Below, piece after piece: positions 25,564 through 35,345 of a stretch of 50,237 bases of DNA (position 1 is its first letter; every line of letters begins with the position of its first letter). The stretch comes from a virus, in the IMG/VR virus record IMGVR_UViG_3300045971_000013, positions 1 to 50,237 of that record; one strand, written 5' to 3'. Under the pieces are notes generated by a model. That model was not told where the DNA came from. It was given only the letters and a program-made list of their open reading frames with translations, and did no database searches. The position numbers and the translations under genes were made by a program.

Positions 25564-26109
25564 TTAAAACGGGTTTGCTGCTTCATCAGCAGTGTCTTCT
25601 TTCAAGGCTTCTGCCATGTCCAAGTCACCTGCTGTGTAAGCTTCAAACTTACGAGCAAACCCAATCACCAAGTCCAAGGTAGTAGCTTCCAGTTCAAAGG
25701 GCTTCCCACCACGAGCAGCAATATAAAGGTCGGTAGCCCTAGCCAAAGCGTTCTGACGAACGATAGCCCGATCACCATGCAGAGCAGGGATAGGAAACAC
25801 CTTGGAGTAGCCACCTCCACCTCCGTAGGACTTCGTAGGAACAGCTACAGAGCCAACACCAGTTGCCTTGTCTACTGCCATAGTAATAGGAGCACTGCGA
25901 GAGATGATATTGACTGCCTTGGTCTCAAGACCATACGTGCCAGTGACTCCATCAAAATCCACCGTGTAGCCTGCTTCTACTCCGGGGTTCTTAAAGCCAC
26001 ATTTAACCCAAGCTCCATTAATCTTCATGGAGTAAGTGGGTTTCACACCAAACTTGGTGGTTACGTCTTTAGTGGATACGGCTTCCACAACGCCCGACAT
26101 CATGCTCAT
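25564..26109 (-). CDS. Putative ssDNA-binding protein
   Basis: 181 aa; beta-rich OB-like N-terminus, GGGGG linker, acidic C-terminal tail DLDMAEALKEDTADEAANPF ending in PF as in bacterial SSB tails; located in the replication module. Confidence 0.45.
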   Translation of the reverse strand: MSMMSGVVEAVSTKDVTTKFGVKPTYSMKINGAWVKCGFKNPGVEAGYTVDFDGVTGTYGLETKAVNIISRSAPITMAVDKATGVGSVAVPTKSYGGGGGYSKVFPIPALHGDRAIVRQNALARATDLYIAARGGKPFELEATTLDLVIGFARKFEAYTAGDLDMAEALKEDTADEAANPF

Positions 26110-26537
26110 AGTAAACTTTCTTTTTTCAGTTGATAGCGATTTCTTTGATACTCAGCTATACGTGCTTTGTTTTTTAGAGCGTATGCAACCATGTACGCTT
26201 TTGAGTGCGGCTTTCTGCCTCCAGTATAATTGGGGTGTGTAGTTCCGTGTATGTGTCTACCTTTATGAACCATGTCATATACGTTATCAGACTGTGTTCC
26301 TAGGAACAAATGGTCTGGATTGACGCAACTGGGGTTATCACATTTATGTAGAACCTGCATATTTGATGGAAGAGGTCCTACATGCGCCACATAAGAGGCA
26401 CGGTGTGCTCCAACTCTTAGACCATCTACACGTATGGAGCCATATCCATAGTTGTTAAAAGCGCCATACCACTCCCAACAACCTGTGTCAGGAATAGGTG
26501 CGTACCTAACCCTTAACTTTTCAATCAAAGTAGTCAT
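26106..26537 (-). CDS. HNH homing endonuclease (free-standing)
   Basis: 143 aa; GCWEW...NNYGYG...AHRASY...[22 protein letters not shown]. Confidence 0.8.
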   Translation of the reverse strand: MTTLIEKLRVRYAPIPDTGCWEWYGAFNNYGYGSIRVDGLRVGAHRASYVAHVGPLPSNMQVLHKCDNPSCVNPDHLFLGTQSDNVYDMVHKGRHIHGTTHPNYTGGRKPHSKAYMVAYALKNKARIAEYQRNRYQLKKESLL

Positions 26538-27125
26538 TATTCAACTTCCTTCATTTCATGCCAATTGATTCCGTAAGATGCTCCTGCATTGAGCTTCAGA
26601 GCTAACGGATGCTTAAATGTCTCTTCAAAGTACTTGTGTGTATTCTGTAACACCTCCTGTATGTCTAAGATAAATTCAACCAACTCTTCCTTAGTCACAT
26701 CGAACATCAACGAGTCGTGGATTGTGTTCAACATCTTCACACCTTCACGATGCCTAAACATCCTGAAGATCACACCTAACATCATCGGGACAATATCCCC
26801 CGTAGCCAACCCTTGTATCGGGTAGTTTTTCAATTCAGTCGGAGAGAAGTTGTAGTCGCTAGAAGACCAGCTACTATCGTTGTGATACTCCGTAAATACA
26901 AACTTACGACCAGTGAGAGTATTGTGTACGCAAGTACGAAATCTTTCCAATGATCCTTCGCTATCACGCAGATGCTTCGATTGTGTTTCTACTATCAAGG
27001 CAAAACTTTTGTGCCATTCACCCACTTGTGGGTAACGACCATAGAACACATCAACGAACTTCTTACCTTCATCCAAAGAGCATCCAGCTTGCTTGCTAAT
27101 AGCCTTGGCACCTGCACCATAAATA
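26537..27125 (-). CDS. Family A DNA polymerase, exon 2 (rest of motif B, motif C)
   Basis: Frame upstream of the annotated Met reads (L)IYGAGAKAISKQAGCSLDEGKK with an in-frame TAG only 4 codons further up; IHDSLMFDV = motif C. Confidence 0.8.
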
Positions 27126-27822
27126 CCTATTGTTCGCTAGGAGTCGTTAGTTCCTAACCGTCCTTACGGACTGCTGCATGTCCCCATGCAGAGCAGACTA
27201 TCTCATCATCCACTAGGGATGTTGTGCGCTTCCGGCTACTTAGCCGTACTCCCTTTCGGGATAGTCGTTACACCTTCAAAGGCTTTCCAACACTCATGTT
27301 CTACTTGGTGGCACCGTTTACAGACTGTCTCTAAGTTACTAAGAACATTGTTTGATCTATCTTCATCCTTGTGGTGAACGCACAAAAACTTAGTTGATCC
27401 ACAACGCTCACAAGCATCTTTACGCTGTTTACGATATATCCCAATACCTGTTTTGTATCCGGGATGTTCCTTACCAAAGTAAGGGTTGCCTCCTTTACCA
27501 CTACCTACTTTACAACCGCGTTTAATACGTTGGGTATAAGCATTTTTGCGACCGGCTTCTAATGTTGCTTGCTTAGAGCAAGACACACAATATTTAGCAG
27601 CAGGACCAGTAGGCACATACACTGTAGAACACTTTTTGCATTGAGAGGGTTGGAAGGTTCGCATCTTTACTCCATTGATTATGTTGTAAAGTGTATTGCT
27701 TAACCTTTGTTCCGGCAATGCTATTGAAAAATACTTCGCTTGGCTCGGTGTTGTCTGTTCTAGAGTTCCACCGAATTCACACAATTCTAATTACCCATTA
27801 CTGAGTAACCGGCCTATCGTTA
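27126..27822 (-). mobile_element. 697-nt group-I-like intron interrupting DNA polymerase motif B, carrying an HNH ORF
   Basis: Exon 1 ...KARTFQ(CT) + exon 2 (T)ATTTATGGT restores KARTFQLIYGAGA; exon 1 ends in U, intron ends in G; 1352+589 nt = 647 codons; GNRA-capped hairpins 27160..27171 and 27174..27191. Confidence 0.6.
27236..27664 (-). CDS. Intron-encoded HNH endonuclease
   Basis: Start taken at MRTFQPSQCKKC (GGAG 7 nt upstream); CERCGS...CVHHKDEDRSNNVLSNLETVCKRCH HNH core. Confidence 0.75.
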   Translation of the reverse strand: MRTFQPSQCKKCSTVYVPTGPAAKYCVSCSKQATLEAGRKNAYTQRIKRGCKVGSGKGGNPYFGKEHPGYKTGIGIYRKQRKDACERCGSTKFLCVHHKDEDRSNNVLSNLETVCKRCHQVEHECWKAFEGVTTIPKGSTAK

Positions 27823-29174
27823 AGCTGGAATGTACGAGCCTTGAAGGGCTTACGTTCTGCTTTGGTGGGGTACCTACCGAACATATCTTTGTATAGCTCT
27901 GAGTGGATGTCAGCACCCCCAGAGATGTCAGCAATCAGTTGCTTGTCTCCGGTAACGTGAGCAAGAGCCACAACTTCCAGTTGGTTGAAGTCAACCTCAA
28001 CAATGTAGCCACCATCGTAGCGAGATGTGAATATCTGCTTGATAGGGTTGTTGCTGATGTTCTGAAGGTTAGGACTAGTAGAAGACAAACGACCAGTAAC
28101 GGTTGCTGTGTGATTCAACTTGCCATGTATGTAGTCCCCAATCAGATGCTTGGAGAGTCCTTGCACGTAGGTAGATAGCTGTTTAGACAGTTCACGGTAC
28201 TTGAGCAAGGAGTTGATGATGATCTTCACCTTGGCATCGAACGTGTGATCAAGCATGTCATTGAGAACAGAATCATCAACGGACACTTGCTTAGTCTTGG
28301 CACTTACCTTGTCTGGATCAGGTGTGTACATCACTGCTGGTTTGAGCTTGATCTCACGATCCATTAGCTTGTACTTGGTGTTGCCATTCTTGTATGTGCC
28401 AACCTCTTCCTTCACCTTGACCTTCTTGGTACCTCCGAAGAAGTATTGAGACCATTGCTTAGGACTGTTGATGTCATCAATCAAGCCTGTGGATAACTCT
28501 TCCAAGTTGAGCTTGCACTCAACGTATTCGTTAACCACCTCTACTGTGTATTTGTCCAGTGCTTCTCTATCTATGTGGAGACCATTGAACATCATCTCAG
28601 TAGTTGCTTGAAGAGCTTCCATCTGTGTTTCTAGTAACACCAGTTGACCAGCTTCCTTTGCAGCAGCCCATTGGCAACGAGCAATCTTCCAAGTGACTTC
28701 TACGTCCTGTTTGAGATACGGGAGTAGCTCATCCATTGGAATCTTCTCGCTACCAAGTCCTGCTTGGAAGTAAGCTTTGATCTTGTCTTCCTTGAGAGGA
28801 AAACCGTACTTCTTAGCCAACTCATCAAGAGAAGAGAACTTGCTACGTTGTCCTGTAAGAATGTATTCAGCTATCTGGGTGTCCCACACTTTAGAAGACT
28901 GAATAATCTCTTTCATTTCTGGGTCAGTCCTAAAGAGATACAACATATCAAAAGAGAAGTTGTGCCCACAAAACACTGAGAAGGGCGTATAGCTCTTCAG
29001 TGCGGCTTTGTAGAAGGCAGGGTTCTCATAATAAGTCACACCTTCTCCGGTGCTTATAGTGATGCCAAATGCAACTACCCTGTTGTCAGGGTGCATAGGA
29101 TGGGCTAATCCTACGTCTTCGTTTCCGTTGAGTGTAGTCTCAACATCCACCGCTATAAAGGTGGGGAGGGTCAT
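27823..29174 (-). CDS. Family A DNA polymerase, exon 1 (3'-5' exonuclease, motif A, first half of motif B)
   Basis: FIAVDVETT (Exo I), HNFSFDMLYL (Exo II), YLKQDVEV (Exo III), VEVDFNQLEVVALAH (motif A), ERKPFKARTFQ (motif B start); the unspliced frame stops 8 codons after the junction. Confidence 0.85.
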
Positions 29175-29704
29175 GGTTTTCCTTCCTTTTTGTTGCCATA
29201 GAGAATTGCTTGGAAAACCATTACACGGTTAACCTTCTCCATGACATTGAGAGTCTTGCATACGTGAGTAGCAAGTAAGAACTTGTCATAGAAACCCTTG
29301 TCCTCGGTTACTATGAGATTGATGTCTCCTTTCCTGATTGATACGAACTCACTATCTTTCTTACCGGGTCTACCGAAGTAGAACTCTCCTCCAACAAACC
29401 CTTGTGCCTTGCAGTCCTCAACAAGCCTGTATGCCTTGTCAGTGAGGATCAAAATGTCTTCATCAGTTCCCTCTGGGGGAGGGTTGCACGATACACGGCT
29501 ACCAACGTATTCCATCTCTAGAACCTTGTCCGTGAATGGATTAGCTGTCCAAGACACAAGATCAGCACCCGACACAGGGTAAGTGACGTACTCATACTCT
29601 GCTGGACCAGCAGCAGCCCAGTCAAAACGTGCTGGGTCTCTTACCAGAGCAGTCTTGTGCTTGGGATCGTAAGTGCTCCCGTACTTGTTCTTTGCTTTAG
29701 CCAT
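29171..29704 (-). CDS. Hypothetical protein upstream of the DNA polymerase
   Basis: 177 aa; ATGA coupling to the polymerase start. Confidence 0.55.
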   Translation of the reverse strand: MAKAKNKYGSTYDPKHKTALVRDPARFDWAAAGPAEYEYVTYPVSGADLVSWTANPFTDKVLEMEYVGSRVSCNPPPEGTDEDILILTDKAYRLVEDCKAQGFVGGEFYFGRPGKKDSEFVSIRKGDINLIVTEDKGFYDKFLLATHVCKTLNVMEKVNRVMVFQAILYGNKKEGKP

Positions 29705-29729
29705 CTATCTCTCCTATAAAGCTCACTGT

Positions 29730-29753
29730 ATAGCCACACCTTCATGTGGCTAT
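29730..29753 (-). other. Intercistronic 9-bp hairpin
   Basis: ATAGCCACA / TGTGGCTAT with a 6-nt loop between the helicase stop and the next RBS; no U-tract. Confidence 0.4.
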
Positions 29754-29767
29754 CCGGTTAGTTTTAA

Positions 29768-31030
29768 CTATTCAAATCGTGCATGAACTGGATCAATGAC
29801 CACAAGGTACTGACCATGACGTTCTGCTTCAACACTCTTGGGTCCATTGCCTGACAATTTGTTCTTAGGAACATTTATTGTTCGGAGCATTTCTTCTTCG
29901 GGACTCTTCGGTTCTTTGTACTTCCCAATGGTAACGACAGCATCTGCTTCGCCCGGTTTATCCGTCTTACTTCCACGGAGAGCATCCATTCCGATATACG
30001 GAGGGTCCTTAAGATCGACAGCCGTAGCACTAAGCTGACTAGCCGCAATGACCGGGCCATAAGTACGAGCCAACTCTCTAGCCCACTTGTAAATCTTACC
30101 GAGGACGATGTGTTCGGGGTCTGCATGGTTGAATCCTTGTACCTTGTCCAGTTGATCAAATATGATCAAACCGGGATTGACTTCTTTGAAGAGAACTTCC
30201 AAGTCACGGATAGTGTTGGTATCCTTGGTAACTCGTATCTTGTTCTTGTCACCGCCCATCATGGTGGTGTACTTGGACATGGAGCCATTGGAATCAGCAA
30301 TCATGTCTTTGGATGTGATACCTAAAGCAGCTTGAACAATTCTGAAGAACACTACGGAAGACTCTTCTTCGTTGTTAACCCATACCACAGGACGATCCTT
30401 GGGAAGCTGTTGTGCGATGTAGCTTACTTCAGATGCTAGGAAAGTTGTTTTTCCAACTTCCACTCTAGCAGCCACAATAACAAAATTCCCATTTCGTAGA
30501 GGACCGAGTGAACGATTGAGAACTTCCAACCTCCATTCATATCCACTGCTACTAATACGATCTGCAATACTAGACAGATCAGCAGATACGAACAGATCAT
30601 CTTTTTCCACATAGCGTTCTACGTCCTTGAGTGCATTGGTTGTCAAGAGGTGAACATCTTCCAAGTCTGCTGTTCCCTCTTTGACACGCTCACATTCTTC
30701 CATGATCTTGGCAAGGTAGTCCAGTTCGATGAGAGACTTGACCACTTCCTCATGTGCATGGTGTGGAGTAAACACAGTAGCCTTAGTGAGAGTCATTCTC
30801 AACTTGACTAGGGAGTCTTCTGTAAGCCTCTTACTCTGGTCTGCAATGAGATATGCAGAGAAGGGTGCCCACTCAAGCGTCTTGATGCTTGGAAAGCTCT
30901 TGTAGTACTTCTCCATGCCATCCAAGATGGTCATGGTTTCTTTGGCTACTACGTGTGGTTTAACGTACCTCTTGTAGCGAAGCAAATTCTCTTTGCTCTC
31001 ACTACAGAGATGAAGGATGGAATAGTCCAT
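29768..31030 (-). CDS. Replicative DNA helicase (DnaB / T7 gp4 helicase-domain-like)
   Basis: 420 aa; Walker A ARVEVGKTTF, Walker B LIIFDQLDKV, RecA-like C-terminal half. Confidence 0.8.
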   Translation of the reverse strand: MDYSILHLCSESKENLLRYKRYVKPHVVAKETMTILDGMEKYYKSFPSIKTLEWAPFSAYLIADQSKRLTEDSLVKLRMTLTKATVFTPHHAHEEVVKSLIELDYLAKIMEECERVKEGTADLEDVHLLTTNALKDVERYVEKDDLFVSADLSSIADRISSSGYEWRLEVLNRSLGPLRNGNFVIVAARVEVGKTTFLASEVSYIAQQLPKDRPVVWVNNEEESSVVFFRIVQAALGITSKDMIADSNGSMSKYTTMMGGDKNKIRVTKDTNTIRDLEVLFKEVNPGLIIFDQLDKVQGFNHADPEHIVLGKIYKWARELARTYGPVIAASQLSATAVDLKDPPYIGMDALRGSKTDKPGEADAVVTIGKYKEPKSPEEEMLRTINVPKNKLSGNGPKSVEAERHGQYLVVIDPVHARFE

Positions 31031-31769
31031 GAAGTTCCTCGTGAGTGTGTTGTTTGGGTTCCCGGTCTTTGCACCAGCAAGAGACTAGGGTTGTTGTGGG
31101 TAGGTAGTGGTCCAGTTTCTTTTCTACTTTACGTGCTCCTTCTATGCCTGCTTGATCGGGGTCTAACCAGATGATGATGTGCTCAAACTCAAGCTCATAT
31201 ATCTGACGTAGGGTTGTGTCTGAGAGAGATGTTCTTAGTAGCGCCACACTAGATACCTGAGCATCCAGATGTACTCTATAGGCCGAAAGGTAGTCTTCAG
31301 TGATCACAAGAGTCTTGCTACCATAGTGAAACCAAGCAGCTTCACCCTTACGGGTTTCATTGAAGTAGCTTGTAATGTACTTGGGAGCAGCTAGTGGGAA
31401 GGTATTGCGTACTTGGATGCCTATGTGGTTATGTGCTGCATCTATGAGAGTCATGGCTACTAGCCTTGGTCCACCTTTGACACCACTAAAGACTTTGCAA
31501 CCACTGTCACAATAGTATTTAGCTAACCACATCTTGCCTTCGATAGAGATGTCACACAAAGATGGGATCACAGTTATGCGTGGGTCTACAGGCTTCTTAT
31601 CCTGCAACCAAGTACCTACCCTGCCATCCATATCAAACGCAAAGCCTGACTCGTTGCAATGGTGGCAATAAGCCACAATGCCCTTGTCAGTCCTCTTGAT
31701 GTAGAGCCTCTTCTTCTTGTCTTCACCAGAAGGACAGCCCACATGGTTGATGTGTACTTGCTCTCCCAT
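31002..31769 (-). CDS. DNA primase (zinc-binding N-terminus + TOPRIM)
   Basis: Start taken at MGEQVHINHVGC (ATG 31767..31769) because the longer GTG-initiated frame runs through the upstream terminator; LVITEDYLSAYRV and IIWLDPDQAG TOPRIM motifs. Confidence 0.7.
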   Translation of the reverse strand: MGEQVHINHVGCPSGEDKKKRLYIKRTDKGIVAYCHHCNESGFAFDMDGRVGTWLQDKKPVDPRITVIPSLCDISIEGKMWLAKYYCDSGCKVFSGVKGGPRLVAMTLIDAAHNHIGIQVRNTFPLAAPKYITSYFNETRKGEAAWFHYGSKTLVITEDYLSAYRVHLDAQVSSVALLRTSLSDTTLRQIYELEFEHIIIWLDPDQAGIEGARKVEKKLDHYLPTTTLVSCWCKDREPKQHTHEELHGLFHPSSL

Positions 31770-31782
31770 GTTACTAGGAGCA
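31769..31782. promoter_or_regulatory. Variant CTAG motif (minus strand TGCTCCTAGTAACA) abutting the primase start
   Basis: The last A of the motif is the A of the primase ATG; about 20 of 24 nt shared with the 25355..25380 copy. Confidence 0.5.
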
Positions 31783-31822
31783 TTTGCTAGGATCAGCTTC
31801 CTGTTTATCACTGTGTTCTTTC

Positions 31823-31858
31823 TCAAAATACAAAAGGCAATGGCCCCCGAAGGAGCCA
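31823..31858 (-). terminator. Rho-independent terminator / attenuator between the AAA+ gene and the primase
   Basis: Minus strand TGGCTCC-TTCG-GGGGCCA (UUCG tetraloop, one G.U) followed by TTGCCTTTTGTATTTTG. Confidence 0.6.
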
Positions 31859-31873
31859 CTGAGTTTCTAGACT

Positions 31874-33016
31874 TTAGGAGATAGTGCCATAGATTTTCAC
31901 GAACAACTCATCGGCAACCTTACGCTGTGTATCGTTGAGCTTGTTCAAGTAAACCGTGCTGTATGCCTTCTTGAGTGAGACACCCATAGAGAGCTTCTTG
32001 CAGATTGAGAACAAGGTACGAGGAGACATTGTGAGATTGAACTGACCAGCCTTGTATCCTTGACGAATCAGGTTAGCCAGCTTCACAAGCTCTTTGGTAG
32101 CTTTGGGAGAAAGGGTTCCACCCCACTTGTTACCAAGCATCTTCTCTTCGATGTCGCTACTCAGGTAGTCAACATAGACAGCAGTACCAAAGCGATCTAA
32201 CGTAGCTGAATTCTGTACGTTAGTACCAGCATGTGCTCCAGTATCATCACCTTGGCCTTGTGTATTGCCAATAGCAACAAGCTTGAAGTTGTCGTGTGGG
32301 ATGATCATCTTGTCTTTAGAAGCACCGGGCATGTCTTTGAGAAAGAGCTTGCCATTGTCCTCCAAAAGCCACTGTAAGCCCATAGAGATTTCCGGTGGTG
32401 TAACGTCCCATTCATCCCAAGCAAACACAGCACCATAACGAACTGCTTCAGTTACCGCACCATCTACCCAATGAGTAGAACCATCCTTGGCAGTCAACTG
32501 TCCAAAGATCATGGAGCTATCCATGTCCCCTGTGCAGTTAACACGAATGAAAGGTCGATAAGTAAGAGCGCAAAGCTGCTCAATAAGAGAAGACTTACCA
32601 GCACCCGTTGGACCATAGCAAAGCACCTTCTCATTCAGTTCCCAAGCCATCAGGATGGACGTAGCCAAGTCAACAGGCAACACGTAGCTCGGATCGGGTT
32701 CAGGGATGAAGGAAGCAATGCGCTCATCCCATTCGTAATCATGGAAGCAAGTGACAGGGAAGTCATTCTTGGTATCCGTGGTACCCAACACATCAGACAG
32801 GAACTTCTGAGTGGGTTTTAAGAGCAAAGAAGAGTGCTTAGGAATGGCTTTAACAGCCGCAGGAACCAGTTCTATGCCTTCGTCATAAGACTCGGCTAGG
32901 GTAGCTCCCATAGCACCCATACGGCGCTTCTCCATAGCTTCTTTCAAAGCAACTTTCACAAGGTCTTCAACCTTCTCTTTACCCACCGCTTTGGTGGTCA
33001 CAACGGGATCGCTCAT
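31874..33016 (-). CDS. AAA+ ATPase, CobS / MoxR-like
   Basis: 380 aa; Walker A CYGPTGAGKSS, Walker B VFAWDEWD; ATGA-type overlap with the vWA gene. Confidence 0.75.
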   Translation of the reverse strand: MSDPVVTTKAVGKEKVEDLVKVALKEAMEKRRMGAMGATLAESYDEGIELVPAAVKAIPKHSSLLLKPTQKFLSDVLGTTDTKNDFPVTCFHDYEWDERIASFIPEPDPSYVLPVDLATSILMAWELNEKVLCYGPTGAGKSSLIEQLCALTYRPFIRVNCTGDMDSSMIFGQLTAKDGSTHWVDGAVTEAVRYGAVFAWDEWDVTPPEISMGLQWLLEDNGKLFLKDMPGASKDKMIIPHDNFKLVAIGNTQGQGDDTGAHAGTNVQNSATLDRFGTAVYVDYLSSDIEEKMLGNKWGGTLSPKATKELVKLANLIRQGYKAGQFNLTMSPRTLFSICKKLSMGVSLKKAYSTVYLNKLNDTQRKVADELFVKIYGTIS

Positions 33017-34800
33017 GTCAATATCCTCTTTTCTATCAATGTAAGTAACTTGCTCGGTATCTCTTGCGGTTTATAAACCACATCGTTTCTCTTGTAGTAG
33101 TGCGTCACAGAGTCACTGCAAAGCCCTAATCCATAGATGTCAACTTGCTTGGATTTCTCTATCTCATCTATCACTTGATGTGTGAACTCTTCTAAACCTA
33201 CACTACTCTTGGATGCAGCAGGAGAGCCATCAGACATCACAACCAACAACCGCTTCTTCTCTTTCCTCTTGATCAAACGGTTATGCGCCCACAGAATGTT
33301 TTCCCCATCGGGATTGCCATTCATAAAGCAACTGCTTTTAGCAAAATCTCGTTCCATCTGATCGTTAGTGATCTTCAAGTCGTTGAATGACTTGTAGACA
33401 AACATCAACGGGACAGCCGTGTAAGCAGCACCATAGTCATCACTGAACCCAATGACCTCAAGAGGGATACCCAAGGTAGAACAGACCTCATTCAGCAAGA
33501 GCGTAGAAGCCAATGCGTAGTAAGCTTTCTGACCCATCATGGACCCAGACATATCCACTAGCACTGTGATTGCAGCATCCAGAGTCTTGTTCTCGATCCT
33601 AGTCTTGAATACCTTCTCGTTGAATCCGGGTGCATCAAAGCAGATACGAGAGAGTCTGGACTGATCTAGCTTACCCTTGCGAGTGCCATACTGAGTCTGT
33701 ACTCGTGCTCTGATCTGAATGAGCCTACGAACCTGTTGAGCAAAGTTCTCTTGTGTTACTAGTAACGGTTTAACGTCATGGTTGTAACCAGCCAAGAACC
33801 TAGTGGCACCCATTGGTTTGAAGTACTTGTCTTGACCCAAGCTACGTGGGTAGTCAGCAACTAGGAACTTGTCGTAGTCAGTCATGTCCCAATGACCATC
33901 GGACTTAACCGGATCAAAGTTGATACCAACCTTACCCATCTCTCCCCCCTCTTCAGGCATTGTGAGAGAGAACTTGCTCAAGTCATCTGCTGTGAGTACC
34001 ACCTTGATAACCTTGTACTCGTCATCCTCCGCATCCGAAGCATCTTTATCACCTCCTTCGGCAAGATCACCTGAAGCAGGTGCAACGGCCTTTTCATCTC
34101 CTTTTCCTTTTCCTTTACCCTTAGCTGCTGCCTTTGCTTTAGAGAGAGCCTCTTCAACTTCCTCTTTGCAATCGTGTCCAATGGACTTTAGGATGTCCAA
34201 AGCAAGCTTGTGTGTAGCTCTGGTTCCTTCTTCCTTGTCTAGAATGCTATGGCAACGAACAAGATCACGAGAATAGCTATTAAGAACATCTGTGATCTTC
34301 TTATCAGGGGTATGTTTACTAGAAGCCAACTCAATCAATGGAAAGTTGGATGCAGACACTTTGGATTCCCAACAAATTAACGCAGACACCATCTTTGCTA
34401 TCAGAGTGGTCTCTTTAATTGATTTCTTGAGAATGGTCTTCACTAACTCTGAAGAGCAATCATCCCAGTTGTCTTTGAAGCCCTTGTACTCCTGTGCTTC
34501 GATAACATTCACACGAGAATCTTCTAAGAAGTTCCATGTGAACATCAACAAGCCTTTGGGGTCTAGCTTTATCTCTTTGAGCACCTCAAACGACGAGAAA
34601 CGATCATGGGCTACTTCGTGGTCAATAGAGGCCATAAGCTGCTGCAATTCACGTTCCGTGGTCTTGTAGGTGATCATAGGCAAGTAGATAGTCTTGCCAT
34701 CATGCCGAGGCTGATTGATGTCCTCAAACACAACCGAGATGCCAGCCCTGCCAGCACTAGCTCGGATGTACTTCATCACCTGAATGGCTTGAGTCAGCAC
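33013..34800 (-). CDS. von Willebrand factor A domain protein, CobT-like
   Basis: 595 aa; MIDAS VLVDMSGSM in the C-terminal half; acidic/lysine-rich linker (KGKGKGKGDE...DASDAEDDE). Confidence 0.75.
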   Translation of the reverse strand: MLTQAIQVMKYIRASAGRAGISVVFEDINQPRHDGKTIYLPMITYKTTERELQQLMASIDHEVAHDRFSSFEVLKEIKLDPKGLLMFTWNFLEDSRVNVIEAQEYKGFKDNWDDCSSELVKTILKKSIKETTLIAKMVSALICWESKVSASNFPLIELASSKHTPDKKITDVLNSYSRDLVRCHSILDKEEGTRATHKLALDILKSIGHDCKEEVEEALSKAKAAAKGKGKGKGDEKAVAPASGDLAEGGDKDASDAEDDEYKVIKVVLTADDLSKFSLTMPEEGGEMGKVGINFDPVKSDGHWDMTDYDKFLVADYPRSLGQDKYFKPMGATRFLAGYNHDVKPLLVTQENFAQQVRRLIQIRARVQTQYGTRKGKLDQSRLSRICFDAPGFNEKVFKTRIENKTLDAAITVLVDMSGSMMGQKAYYALASTLLLNEVCSTLGIPLEVIGFSDDYGAAYTAVPLMFVYKSFNDLKITNDQMERDFAKSSCFMNGNPDGENILWAHNRLIKRKEKKRLLVVMSDGSPAASKSSVGLEEFTHQVIDEIEKSKQVDIYGLGLCSDSVTHYYKRNDVVYKPQEIPSKLLTLIEKRILT

Positions 34801-35259
34801 TTAGACACCCATCAAGTACTTGTGGACTTCTTCGCTAACCACCTTAGCATCCAGATGGTCAGGAACGTTCCCAATCAATGCACATACCTTGCTGATGTAC
34901 TCATCCAAAGTAACCAGTTCCTTGCTGTCGGTCTTGGAGTCTTTGATCTTGTTCTGCAAGTAGGTCTTGCCATAGAACGTACCGTTGCTATCACACAAGC
35001 CGATACCGAGCTTCATTGCTGAAGTGATAACAGACTTGCTAGAACGCCAAGGTCCGGGCATAGAACCCACTTCAAACTCTTTCTTGATGAGCTTCTCAGT
35101 GTCCTTGAGTTCCTTGATAAATGTCTCCACAGTGCTATGCGAATAGCCCACAGTGATCATCTTCTCAAACGTGCTGACTGCACTAGCGTCAGACACCAGA
35201 GACTCCGTAGCTGCTTCATAGAGCTTTGGAGACACATCTATCTTCTTTGCTTCGGTCAT
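34801..35259 (-). CDS. Hypothetical early protein
   Basis: Start taken at MTEAKKID with GAAGGAGG RBS; 152 aa. Confidence 0.5.
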   Translation of the reverse strand: MTEAKKIDVSPKLYEAATESLVSDASAVSTFEKMITVGYSHSTVETFIKELKDTEKLIKKEFEVGSMPGPWRSSKSVITSAMKLGIGLCDSNGTFYGKTYLQNKIKDSKTDSKELVTLDEYISKVCALIGNVPDHLDAKVVSEEVHKYLMGV

Positions 35260-35345
35260 TAGACCTCCTTCGGTTGTGGCACTGTTACAACAACATTGCC
35301 TCACTATCCCACTCATAATAGGATAGTAAAGTATGCTATTTGATC

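Noticed and set aside
26295-26308. Perfect palindromic versions or near-copies of the CTAG motif inside coding regions: 26295..26308, 39189..39202, 15876..15888, 33754..33766, 35745..35760 and others.
   Set aside because: Several are explained by coding constraints. LFLGT in both HNH paralogues gives TTGTTC(C/T)TAGGAACA, and V-T-S-N gives GTTACTAGTAAC. They were not counted as regulatory sites, although some could still be bound.
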